DNA from: Opitutia bacterium
GTDB taxonomy: Bacteria > Verrucomicrobiota > Verrucomicrobiia > Opitutales > Opitutaceae
DNA length: 64,000 nucleotides
Reading direction: 5' to 3'
Assembly (NCBI GenBank): GCA_947478395.1
Contig: CANJVR010000001.1
Span: forward strand, 544,001-608,000
Shown here in pieces: positions 52,185 through 60,914 of this stretch (position 1 is its first letter; each line of letters opens with the position of its first letter). The position numbers were made by a program, and so were the translations under genes. The notes beneath the pieces were generated by a model. That model saw only the letters and a program-made list of their open reading frames with translations, made no database searches and was not told the DNA's origin.

Positions 52185-55124
52185 ATGAAACCACCCCTTC
52201 CTTTTATCCGCGATCTGTCCCTCCCGGCTCTCTTCATCGCCCTTGCCGCTAGCGCATCGGCCGCAGCCAGTGGCGGCAGCCCCACACCCGCCGCGGCAGC
52301 CCACGATCCGGAGTTTAGCAAAAACGTCGCTCCGCTCCTCCAAAAGTACTGCTACGAATGCCACGGGAACGGGAAGCACAAGGGCGACGTCAGCCTCGAT
52401 TCCGACCAGTCGCTGACCGACATTCACAAGAACGCGAAAAAGTGGGAAACCGTGATGGAGCTCGTGCACAAGCAGGAGATGCCGCCGGACGACGCATCCG
52501 CGCTGCCGAGCCAGGCGGAACGGGACGTAATCAGCAACTGGGTCGAGAAGGAACTGTTTCGCGTCGACCCCGCTAATCCCGATCCAGGTCGCGTTACGAT
52601 TCACCGGCTCAACCGCAACGAATACAACAACACCATCCGCGACTTGGTCGGCGTCGAATTTCAGCCGGCCGACGATTTCCCGGCGGATAATTCCGGCTAC
52701 GGGTTCGACAACATCAGCGACGTCCTGTCGTTGCCGCCCGTACTGATGGAAAAGTACCTCTCTGCCGCACGCCGCATCGTCGACGAGGCGATCCCCACCG
52801 AGCAACGCAAGACCCGCACGCAACGTTTCCGCGCGACCCTGATGGAAGTCGGATTCAACGCCGAGGGCGACCGCGGCGACGGCTTCATGCCGCTCGGTTC
52901 GCTCGAGGAAGACAATCTCGCGGTGCGCCTGCCGTTCGCCGCCGGCGATTATAAATTGCGCGTGAACGCTTTCGCGACGCCGAAGGGAAAATATGGTTCT
53001 TCGGACAAGTCCCTCGCCGAAAGGCCGATTATCATGACCTGCATGGTCGACGAGAGTATCTTGGGGGAAATCAAAGTTGCCGCGCCTGATGGAAAACCCG
53101 AAACGTACGAGTTGCGCATCAGTTTGCCCGCCGGGCGGCATCGCATCTCGGTCGTCAACCGGCATCTCCGCGGCGGCGAAAATGAACTGACATTGCGGAA
53201 CGGCCGCGTCGGCCCGCTCCAAGGCGGCACGATTTACGTCAATAACGTCGAAATCGAGGGGCCATTTCCAACCGCGACGGTCCGCGTACCGGCGAGCAAA
53301 CTTGAAGTCGTCGGCGACGGAAAATTCCTCCCGGAAGGCCCCCGGGTGCTCACGCACGAGGGTGAAGTCGCCATGAAACACAAGGTAGCGGCGGAGGGAG
53401 AATATATCCTGCGCGCCATGGCGTCCGCCCAACAAGCCGGACCGGAAACCGCGCGCATGGAATTCCGCGTCGACGGCAAACCGGTCCACACCTTTGACGT
53501 ACTCGCTGCCGCCAAACTCGCGACGCCGCCCGGACAACGCATCTTCTCAATGGTCCTGCTGAATGCGGCGCCGCAGGTCTACGAATTCCCCATCAAGCTG
53601 TCACCGGGCGAACATCGTTTCTCGGCCGCCTTCATCAATGATTTCGCCGACCCGGAAAACAAGAACCCGAATCTCCGCGATCGGAACCTCATCATTGACC
53701 ACCTCGAAATTGCCGGCCTGACCGAGCCCGCCCAACTTCCCGATCGGCCGGAGTTAATTCAGAAGCTCTTCGCAAAAGCGGCGACGCCCGCCGCCCCGAA
53801 GGGGATGTTCGCGCAGCTGTTTAACCGCACGCCCACGGCGCCAACCCAAGCCGAGCAAGCCCGCACGATTGTCAGCGAGTTCGCGCGCCGCGCATGGCGC
53901 CGCCCGGTTGAAACGCTCGAAGTCGACGAACTGATGCGCCTCTATAACGCGACGATCGAGGAAAAGGAATCGTTCGAAGCCGGCGTGAAACTCGCCCTGC
54001 AAGCCGTGTTGGTTTCGCCGCATTTTCTATTTCGCGGCGAGACGCCCGCAGCGGCGGCCGTAGCGGCCGCCTCCACGAGCCGGGCGCGCCCCATCGGCGA
54101 ATTCGCCCTCGCGTCCCGCCTTTCGTATTTTCTGTGGAGCAGCACGCCCGACGACGAGTTGCTCGACCTGGCGACGCGCGGACAACTCCGCAAAAACCTC
54201 GATGCGCAGGTGCACCGCATGCTCACGTCGCCCAAGGCCAGCGCGCTCGTCACGAATTTCGCGGGTCAATGGCTGGAGATTCGCAACCTGAAGTTTGCCG
54301 AGCCCGACAAAAAGCTATTCCCCGATTTCGACGACGGGTTGCGCTCATCGATGCGCGAGGAGACGGAACGGTTCTTCGACCACATCATGCGCCAGGATCG
54401 GAGCGTGCTCGATTTCCTCACGGCCGACTACTCGTTCATCAACGAGCGCCTCGCGAAACACTACGGGCTGCCCAACGTGACCGGGGAAAACTTCCGTCAG
54501 GTTTCGCTCGCCGGCACGCCCCGTCGCGGCGTGCTCACCCATGGTAGCGTCCTTACGATCACGTCGAACCCGACCCGCACCTCCCCCGTGAAGCGCGGCA
54601 AGTGGGTGCTGGAAGATTTGCTCGGCACGCCACCACCGCCGCCGCCGCCCAATGTCCCTAATCTGCAAAACGACGGCAAACCGGTCACCGGCAGCTTGCG
54701 CCACCAGATGGAAGAGCACCGGGCGAATCCCGTGTGCGCGTCGTGTCATTCGCGGATGGACCCGATCGGCTTCGGCTTGGAAAACTTCGACGCGATCGGA
54801 GCGTACCGCACGAAGGATGGAGAGTTCGACGTCGATGCCGGGGGCAAACTCAGTTCCGGCGAAACCTTCGCCACCGCCACTGAGCTCATCGGCATTCTTT
54901 CGGAAAAACGCCGCGAGAATTTCGTGCGCAACATTTCGGAGAAAATGCTGATTTATTCACTCGGTCGCGGCATCGAGCGCACCGACCGGCCCTCGGTCGA
55001 CAAGATCATGGCGCAAGTTTCTGCCCAGGGCTACCGTTTCTCCGACCTCGTGCTCGCCGTGGTGAAAAGCGTGCCTTTCGACCAGCAACGCACCGACGCC
55101 GGAGCCATGGCCGCGAACAACTAA
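52185..55124 (+). CDS. DUF1592-family multidomain c-type cytochrome-like protein (second copy, with extra internal domain)
   Basis: CYECH and CASCH, HRLNRNEYNNTIRDL, RLSYFLWSSTPDDEL, RTSPVKRGKW; internal FINDF...DRNLIIDHLEI. Confidence 0.9.
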   Translation: MKPPLPFIRDLSLPALFIALAASASAAASGGSPTPAAAAHDPEFSKNVAPLLQKYCYECHGNGKHKGDVSLDSDQSLTDIHKNAKKWETVMELVHKQEMPPDDASALPSQAERDVISNWVEKELFRVDPANPDPGRVTIHRLNRNEYNNTIRDLVGVEFQPADDFPADNSGYGFDNISDVLSLPPVLMEKYLSAARRIVDEAIPTEQRKTRTQRFRATLMEVGFNAEGDRGDGFMPLGSLEEDNLAVRLPFAAGDYKLRVNAFATPKGKYGSSDKSLAERPIIMTCMVDESILGEIKVAAPDGKPETYELRISLPAGRHRISVVNRHLRGGENELTLRNGRVGPLQGGTIYVNNVEIEGPFPTATVRVPASKLEVVGDGKFLPEGPRVLTHEGEVAMKHKVAAEGEYILRAMASAQQAGPETARMEFRVDGKPVHTFDVLAAAKLATPPGQRIFSMVLLNAAPQVYEFPIKLSPGEHRFSAAFINDFADPENKNPNLRDRNLIIDHLEIAGLTEPAQLPDRPELIQKLFAKAATPAAPKGMFAQLFNRTPTAPTQAEQARTIVSEFARRAWRRPVETLEVDELMRLYNATIEEKESFEAGVKLALQAVLVSPHFLFRGETPAAAAVAAASTSRARPIGEFALASRLSYFLWSSTPDDELLDLATRGQLRKNLDAQVHRMLTSPKASALVTNFAGQWLEIRNLKFAEPDKKLFPDFDDGLRSSMREETERFFDHIMRQDRSVLDFLTADYSFINERLAKHYGLPNVTGENFRQVSLAGTPRRGVLTHGSVLTITSNPTRTSPVKRGKWVLEDLLGTPPPPPPPNVPNLQNDGKPVTGSLRHQMEEHRANPVCASCHSRMDPIGFGLENFDAIGAYRTKDGEFDVDAGGKLSSGETFATATELIGILSEKRRENFVRNISEKMLIYSLGRGIERTDRPSVDKIMAQVSAQGYRFSDLVLAVVKSVPFDQQRTDAGAMAANN

Positions 55125-55183
55125 GAGGGCGCGGGCCCACCGGGAATAGTCATTCTGAACACGCCTGATGAAACCCCGGATGG

Positions 55184-55252
55184 GTCGTTGCGAACCCGCT
55201 TCGCGGGCGTCGCAATCCACTGGACTGCTTCGTCGCTGCGCCGAGCCATGAC
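55184..55252 (+). repeat. Degenerate GTCATTGCGAG...GCAATC...TGCTTCG...ATGAC-type palindromic element
   Basis: GTCGTTGCGAACCCGCTTCGCGGGCGTCGCAATCCACTGGACTGCTTCGTCGCTGCGCCGAGCCATGAC. Confidence 0.5.
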
Positions 55253-55297
55253 CGCGAAGACCTGTCCGCGGTTCACCGAGCTTCGCTTCTCCAGCCC

Positions 55298-57316
55298 ATG
55301 AATAAAATCCTCCTCGCTTCCCTGCTCGTCGCGACGTCCTTCGCGCAGCCCATCAACGAAGCGTTGCCGTTTGCCGGTGCACCGCGGGTCGGCGCGAACG
55401 ACACGGTGCCACCACCAGCGCCCGTCTCGCCAACCGACGAACAGCTAAAAACCATCAAGGCGAAACTGGCCGAGTTCCGGGTCGCTCTAGCGGCGTTGCA
55501 AGCGGCCGGCGTCAAGGACGACCTGGTCGTGGACGCCGAGTCCTACGGCTGGGTGGTCGAGAATGTGGTGCGCGTCCCCGGCGGATTCATCGACGCACCC
55601 TCCATCGGTAAATGCGTTACCATCCTCAACGACGGTCTGCGCCGCATCGCCGACATCAAGGCCGGCACCGCCGCGTGGCCGACGAACAAAGGCCGCGTCA
55701 ATCGCGCCTATCGGTCTGCGGTCGACGGGACCGCGCAGCCTTACCGTCTCAGCATTCCCGCGTCCTACGATCCGGCGAAGCCGATCGCGCTCTACGTATA
55801 TCTTCACGGACGCAGTCACGATACACCCGACCTCGGCCTCACCTGGGTCGGCGGCAACGATAACGCCAGCGGCAACAACGGCGGAGGTGGTGGCGGCGCG
55901 CGCAATTATATGCGCGTCGATGCTTTCGGCCGCGGCAACAACTCCTTCCGCTGGGCCGGCGAAACCGACATCTTCGAGGTCATCGCTTCGATCAGCCAGC
56001 GCTACAACATCGACCCGAATCGCATCCTGCTCGCCGGATTTTCCATGGGCGGCGCGGGTTCGTGGCAGGTGGGCCTGAACAACGCGGATATGTTCTGCGG
56101 ACTCGAAATCGACGCCGGCGTCATCGGCAACCGCCTCAACACGGCAGGCCTCACGCCCGCGCAAAAGGCCGCGAACAGCACCTATGGCCTCGTGATTCCC
56201 CATGCCCTGAACGTTTTCAACATCCCGCTCGTCGGCTACGCCGGCGCCAACGATGCGCAGCTCGCCTCGTCCACCAGCATCCGCGAGCAACTCGGGCGCG
56301 AAGGCTTCACCATCGAGCGCACCGGCCAGTACCGTTTCACCGGCAAAGATATCAACGCCCTCTTTCTCGCGAATCCCGGCCAGGGACATTCCCACGCCAC
56401 GGGTGAGACGGCGGCGCAGATCGACCAATTCACCGCCGACAATTTTGCGCGCGGTCGCGTCGTGCCTGATCATATTCGCTTCGTCACTTACACGACGCGC
56501 TACAACCGCAGCCATTGGGTAACGGTCGACGGCCTGCAGCAGCATTTCGAGCGCGCCGACGTGGATGCTCAGCGCGATGCAACCAAGGCCACCTACACCG
56601 TGAAGACCACCAATGTCTCCCGGCTGATACTGACCGATACCGCCACCGCGCAGAAAATTTCGATCGACGGCGACACGCTCAACGTGAAATCCGCCGCGAG
56701 CCTGCTGCTCGTCCGCAACGCCGGTGGTCACTGGCAAACGGCGACCGCGACCGCCGATACCGGCCTGCGCAAACAGCATAACCTCCAAGGCCCGATCACC
56801 GATGCGTTCTTCGATTCGTTCCTTTGCGTGAGCCCGACCGGCCAGGCCTTCAACGCCCTTGCCGCCGAACGCGGCCAGCAGGAGCAGGCGCGATTCGCGG
56901 CCATGTTCGCGCGCGATTTCTGCGGCGAAGCGCGGTCGAAAAACGATACCGCGATCAATGCCGCGGACATCGCCGCCAACAATCTCGTGCTCTTCGGCGA
57001 CCCCGGCAGTAACAAGGTGCTCGCCCAGATTGCGGCAAAACTTCCGATTCAGTGGACCAAGGACAGCATCAAGGTCGGCGGCAAAACCTACCGCGCCGCC
57101 GAGCACGTGCCCGTTTTGATTTACCCGAATCCGCTTAATCCAAAACGCTACGTGGTCATCAACGCCGGGCTCCCCGCTCAAACGCGAGGCGCGGCCGGAT
57201 TTGGTGATTACGCCGTCTTGAAATTAACCCGACAAGCCGATGGCCAGCTCACAACCGAGACGGCCGACGAAGGCGTTTTCGACGAATCCTGGCAGCTGCC
57301 CGCCGCGAAAATTTGA
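55298..57316 (+). CDS. Secreted alpha/beta-hydrolase (esterase/peptidase-like) with N- and C-terminal extensions
   Basis: YRSAVDGTAQPYRLSIPASYD...YLHG, GFSMGGAG elbow, GQGH; signal peptide. Confidence 0.75.
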   Translation: MNKILLASLLVATSFAQPINEALPFAGAPRVGANDTVPPPAPVSPTDEQLKTIKAKLAEFRVALAALQAAGVKDDLVVDAESYGWVVENVVRVPGGFIDAPSIGKCVTILNDGLRRIADIKAGTAAWPTNKGRVNRAYRSAVDGTAQPYRLSIPASYDPAKPIALYVYLHGRSHDTPDLGLTWVGGNDNASGNNGGGGGGARNYMRVDAFGRGNNSFRWAGETDIFEVIASISQRYNIDPNRILLAGFSMGGAGSWQVGLNNADMFCGLEIDAGVIGNRLNTAGLTPAQKAANSTYGLVIPHALNVFNIPLVGYAGANDAQLASSTSIREQLGREGFTIERTGQYRFTGKDINALFLANPGQGHSHATGETAAQIDQFTADNFARGRVVPDHIRFVTYTTRYNRSHWVTVDGLQQHFERADVDAQRDATKATYTVKTTNVSRLILTDTATAQKISIDGDTLNVKSAASLLLVRNAGGHWQTATATADTGLRKQHNLQGPITDAFFDSFLCVSPTGQAFNALAAERGQQEQARFAAMFARDFCGEARSKNDTAINAADIAANNLVLFGDPGSNKVLAQIAAKLPIQWTKDSIKVGGKTYRAAEHVPVLIYPNPLNPKRYVVINAGLPAQTRGAAGFGDYAVLKLTRQADGQLTTETADEGVFDESWQLPAAKI

Positions 57317-57415
57317 CTGGTCTCTCCTTTTGCAGATCGCGATTTTCTCTCTAATCACCACATTTCGATTCATTCCTTTACGCGCTTCAAGCCCCACCAC
57401 CACCCCCATCCTCCC

Positions 57416-58774
57416 ATGAACAAGAACTGGCAAATTCCCCGTCGTACTTTTCTCCGCGGTATGGGCACCGCGATCGCCCTCCCCGTCCTCGATGCCATGC
57501 TGCCGTCCACGCGCGCCCTCGGCGCGGTGACCGGCGGGGCGGCTCCCGGCGCATTTCCAAAACGCATGGCCTTCATCTACGTGCCGAACGGCATGAACAT
57601 GGCCAAGTGGACGCCCACCGGTGAAGGCACGGATTACGAGCTCTCGCCCTCGCTCGAACCGCTCGCCGCGCACAAGGCCGACTTCAACGTCATCAGCGGC
57701 CTCGCGCAGCGCAAAGCGTTCGGCAATGGCGACGGCGGCGGCGATCACGCCCGCGCCTCAGCCACGTTTTTGACCGGCTGCCAGGCCAAGAAATCGGCGT
57801 CGGATATTCACATCGGCATTTCCGTCGATCAGGTCGCGGCCAATGTGATGGGTGATCAGACGCGTTTCCCGTCGCTCGAGCTGAGTTGCGATCGCGGTCA
57901 GGAAGCTGGGTCCTGCGACTCCGGCTACAGCTGCGCGTACCAGTTTAATATCTCCTGGCGCTCCGAGTCTCAGCCCATGAATCCCGAGATCGAACCGAAG
58001 GCCGCCTTCGACCGACTCTTCGGCAAAGGCTCACCCGATGAAACTCAGGAAGCCCGCCTGCGCCGCGAACGCCAGAGCAAGAGCGTGCTCGATCTCGTGC
58101 TCGATCAGACCCGCCGGCTCCAACGAAATCTCGGTTCGAACGACAAACAAAAGCTCGACGAATATCTGACCGCGATTCGCGAAGTGGAAAAACGCATCGA
58201 GCAAAACGGCCGCATGCCTCCGACCGTGCCCGCGGGCGCGGTGGGCGACATGGAAGCCAACTACACCTTCGAGCAGCACATGAAGCTGATGTTCGATTTG
58301 ATGACGTTGTCGTTCCAAACCGACAGCACGCGCATCGCCAGCTTCCTGGTGTCGCACGACGGCGGCAACCGGCCGTATCCTTTCGCGGGCGTGCCCTCCG
58401 GCCACCATTCGATGTCCCACCACGGCAACAACGCCGACAAGCTCGCGTCGCTCGCCAAGATCGATCGCTGGCACACGCAGCAGTTCGCGTATTTTCTGGA
58501 GAAACTGAAGTCGGTAAAAGAAGGCAACGGCACGCTGCTCGACAATAGCATGATCGTGTTCGGCGCCGGCATCAGCGATCCGAACGCGCATTTGCACGAC
58601 AATCTCCCGACGATCGTCGCCGGTCGCGGCGGCGGCACGATCACGTCCGGCCGTCACATCAAGCTGGCGAACGAAACGCCGACGGCAAACCTCCACCTCT
58701 CGTTGCTCGACCGCATGGGCGCACCGCAGGAGCGCTTCGCGGACAGCACGGGTCGGTTGGAAGTGATCGCCTGA
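57416..58774 (+). CDS. DUF1552 (HXXSHH) protein with Tat-like N-terminus (second copy)
   Basis: IPRRTFLRG, YVPNG, GDHAR, CDSGYSCAY, HHSMSHH, GTLLDNS. Confidence 0.9.
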   Translation: MNKNWQIPRRTFLRGMGTAIALPVLDAMLPSTRALGAVTGGAAPGAFPKRMAFIYVPNGMNMAKWTPTGEGTDYELSPSLEPLAAHKADFNVISGLAQRKAFGNGDGGGDHARASATFLTGCQAKKSASDIHIGISVDQVAANVMGDQTRFPSLELSCDRGQEAGSCDSGYSCAYQFNISWRSESQPMNPEIEPKAAFDRLFGKGSPDETQEARLRRERQSKSVLDLVLDQTRRLQRNLGSNDKQKLDEYLTAIREVEKRIEQNGRMPPTVPAGAVGDMEANYTFEQHMKLMFDLMTLSFQTDSTRIASFLVSHDGGNRPYPFAGVPSGHHSMSHHGNNADKLASLAKIDRWHTQQFAYFLEKLKSVKEGNGTLLDNSMIVFGAGISDPNAHLHDNLPTIVAGRGGGTITSGRHIKLANETPTANLHLSLLDRMGAPQERFADSTGRLEVIA

Positions 58775-58836
58775 CCCCACCCGTCGCTTCGCGCCACCCC
58801 TCTTTCAAGAGGGGACCGGCGTCTGATTTCACCTTG

Positions 58837-58940
58837 AGCGCGGTTTAAGCTTTTCCGCGGCCGACTCGTGCAGCGGCCGGTGTCGCTGCCTGCCGGCTTC
58901 GGCGTCCTCGTAGCGGTTATGCTTTGGGTTAAACCGCGCT
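58837..58940 (-). mobile_element. MITE-like element of family A with perfect 12-bp terminal inverted repeats and a partial REP
   Basis: AGCGCGGTTTAA (58837-58848) ... TTAAACCGCGCT (58929-58940); internal GCTGCCTGCCGG remnant. Confidence 0.65.
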
Positions 58941-58979
58941 AGAGACGGAGGAGGCCCCGCCGGGCGGGGCTTTTCGCGT

Positions 58980-60023
58980 TTACTTCGCCTCGGTCTTGCC
59001 CGCGCCCGGCACCTCGTCGCGCCAGATCCAGCGCAATGTCTGCGGGAAAATCGATCCGCCGTGTTTGCTGCCGTGGACGCCGTGACCGAGGACATATTGC
59101 ACGTCGTAGAGTTTACTCGTGAGCGCTTCGCTCAGCAGGCGGTTCTGCAGAAACCAGTCCCGCTCCGGCGAAGCTGGGCTCCGATTATCGTAAATGCCGT
59201 CCTGCAGATGAATCCGAAGCGGCTTGGGCTCGGAGTCGCGGACGATCTGGGGGTAGACGTGGCCGCCCTTGATATTCGTGAAGCTGCCGACGTCGCTGAT
59301 CACTTTGCCGAACCAGTCGGGGTGATTCCAAGCGACGGTAAACGCGCAGATCGCGCCTGAGCTGATGCCACCGATACAGCGGCCCGCGGCGTCCTTGCGG
59401 ATGTTATATTTCTTCTCGATCGGCGGCAGGATTTCCTGCGCGAGGAACTGGGAATAGTTATCTGCGACCGAATCGTACTCGACGCTGCGGTTGTTGAAAT
59501 CAGGCCGGCCATTCGCATCGATCGCGGTGCTGCCGGGATTGATGAACACCGTAATAATCACCGGCAGTTCTTTCCGCGCGATCAAGTTGTCGAGGACGTT
59601 GGGCGTGGCGTACTCGAACGTCTGCCGGGCGCGATCGCCGGCGGCCGTCTTTTCCCGCGCGGCGTACTGGCGGGGTCCATCCTGCAACACCATCAAACAC
59701 GCTGGCACCTTCGGGTCGTACTGCGCCGGAACGTAGATCCAAACTTCGCGCACCGTCTTCGGAAAAATCTCACTCTTGTCCCAAATATATTTCTCCCACG
59801 TGCCCTGCGGCACGCCGGGATAAACCATCGAGTCGGGTCCGAGCACGTAATTATCCGCGCCAGCCGGTGCCTGCGGGCGCGCAGCCCGGCCACCGCCGGG
59901 CGCAGCCGGAGTTACCGCCGGAGTCGCGGCTGCGGGCGCAGCGATGGGCGCAGGATCGGCGGCAAAGCCAGCCGCGGCAGAGGCAAGAGCAAGAAGCAAA
60001 CAACGAATCGAAGTGATCTTCAT
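58980..60023 (-). CDS. Putative esterase (enterochelin esterase-like alpha/beta hydrolase)
   Basis: VWIYVPAQYD, QDG, NRSVEYD, GGISSGA elbow, GSFTNI, HG. True start ATG 60023; the upstream part of the ORF-track entry is antisense shadow. Confidence 0.82.
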   Translation of the reverse strand: MKITSIRCLLLALASAAAGFAADPAPIAAPAAATPAVTPAAPGGGRAARPQAPAGADNYVLGPDSMVYPGVPQGTWEKYIWDKSEIFPKTVREVWIYVPAQYDPKVPACLMVLQDGPRQYAAREKTAAGDRARQTFEYATPNVLDNLIARKELPVIITVFINPGSTAIDANGRPDFNNRSVEYDSVADNYSQFLAQEILPPIEKKYNIRKDAAGRCIGGISSGAICAFTVAWNHPDWFGKVISDVGSFTNIKGGHVYPQIVRDSEPKPLRIHLQDGIYDNRSPASPERDWFLQNRLLSEALTSKLYDVQYVLGHGVHGSKHGGSIFPQTLRWIWRDEVPGAGKTEAK

Positions 60024-60197
60024 GGGAGGGGTAGACGGAAAGCTACGCATGCTCGGCGGCAGTGAAAGGTGTTTCGCGCCTGGCGAAGTCGATCCGTCCG
60101 AGCGTTCCCAGGCGTTGCCACAATAGTGTTTCCAAGTTTTAGCTGACGCCCAAGCTCGCGCACGTTTTCGCTTTCTAAATCGTCCCACAAATCTGCC

Positions 60198-60605
60198 ATG
60201 CAACTTACACAATCCCTGCTTCTTCTCGTCGTCTCGCTCGCGATTTCCCCCTTTGCCCGGGCCGCTGATCTCGCCGGCAAATGGACCGCTGAATTCGACA
60301 CCCAGATTGGCGTCCAAAAATACGTCTACGAATTTAAGGAGGAAGCCGCCAAGCTCACCGGCAAGGCGACGTACGAGAACCCGATGGGCAAGGGCGACCT
60401 CGTGCTCAAGGACGTTCAGGCGAGCGGCGACGACGTCACGTTCGCCGAGGCGATGAAATTTAACGACATGGAAGTGACAATCACCTACAAAGGGAAACTC
60501 AAGGGCGACGAACTGACGCTGACGCGCACCGTCGGTGATTTTGCCACCGAACAACTCGTGGCCAAACGCGCGAAGGCCCCGGCGGCCGCTCCGACGAAGC
60601 CCTGA
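60198..60605 (+). CDS. Small secreted beta-rich hypothetical protein
   Basis: Signal peptide ending ARA, then ADLAGKWTAEFDTQIG; natural codon usage. Confidence 0.7.
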   Translation: MQLTQSLLLLVVSLAISPFARAADLAGKWTAEFDTQIGVQKYVYEFKEEAAKLTGKATYENPMGKGDLVLKDVQASGDDVTFAEAMKFNDMEVTITYKGKLKGDELTLTRTVGDFATEQLVAKRAKAPAAAPTKP

Positions 60606-60776
60606 TCCGTGATTCCCCGCGGGGGAACAGACGAAACGCGGAGGTATGGCGGCGAAAGCAGTTCCCCCCGCCCTGCGGGCACCCTGCTCGAGACAAGGGA
60701 GTAATTCATAGTCTCCTCTCGGCGAGTGGGCGCGAAGCGACGGAGGTCTTCGATCACCCCGGACGCTCTTAATCTT

Positions 60777-60913
60777 TAGGGCGATTAACGTTTTCCCGAT
60801 ACCGTTCTGTGTAGCGGCACGCGTCTCTGCCGGCCGAAACGAAGACGCGGAACCCGGCAGGCAGGGACGCCTGCCGCCACGTTGTTAACGGCTACGCTTT
60901 CGGTTAAACTCTA
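60777..60913 (-). mobile_element. MITE-like element of family A containing a REP doublet
   Basis: Minus strand TAGAGTTTAACCGAAAGCGTAGCCG...GTGGCGGCAGGCGTCCCTGCCTGCCG...TGCCGCTAC...GGGAAAACGTTAATCGCCCTA. Confidence 0.65.
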
Positions 60914-60914
60914 C

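Noticed and set aside
60024..60554. N-terminal 176 aa of ORF 58980-60554
   Set aside because: Overlaps the real plus-strand gene 60198-60605; the esterase has its own signal peptide from ATG 60023.
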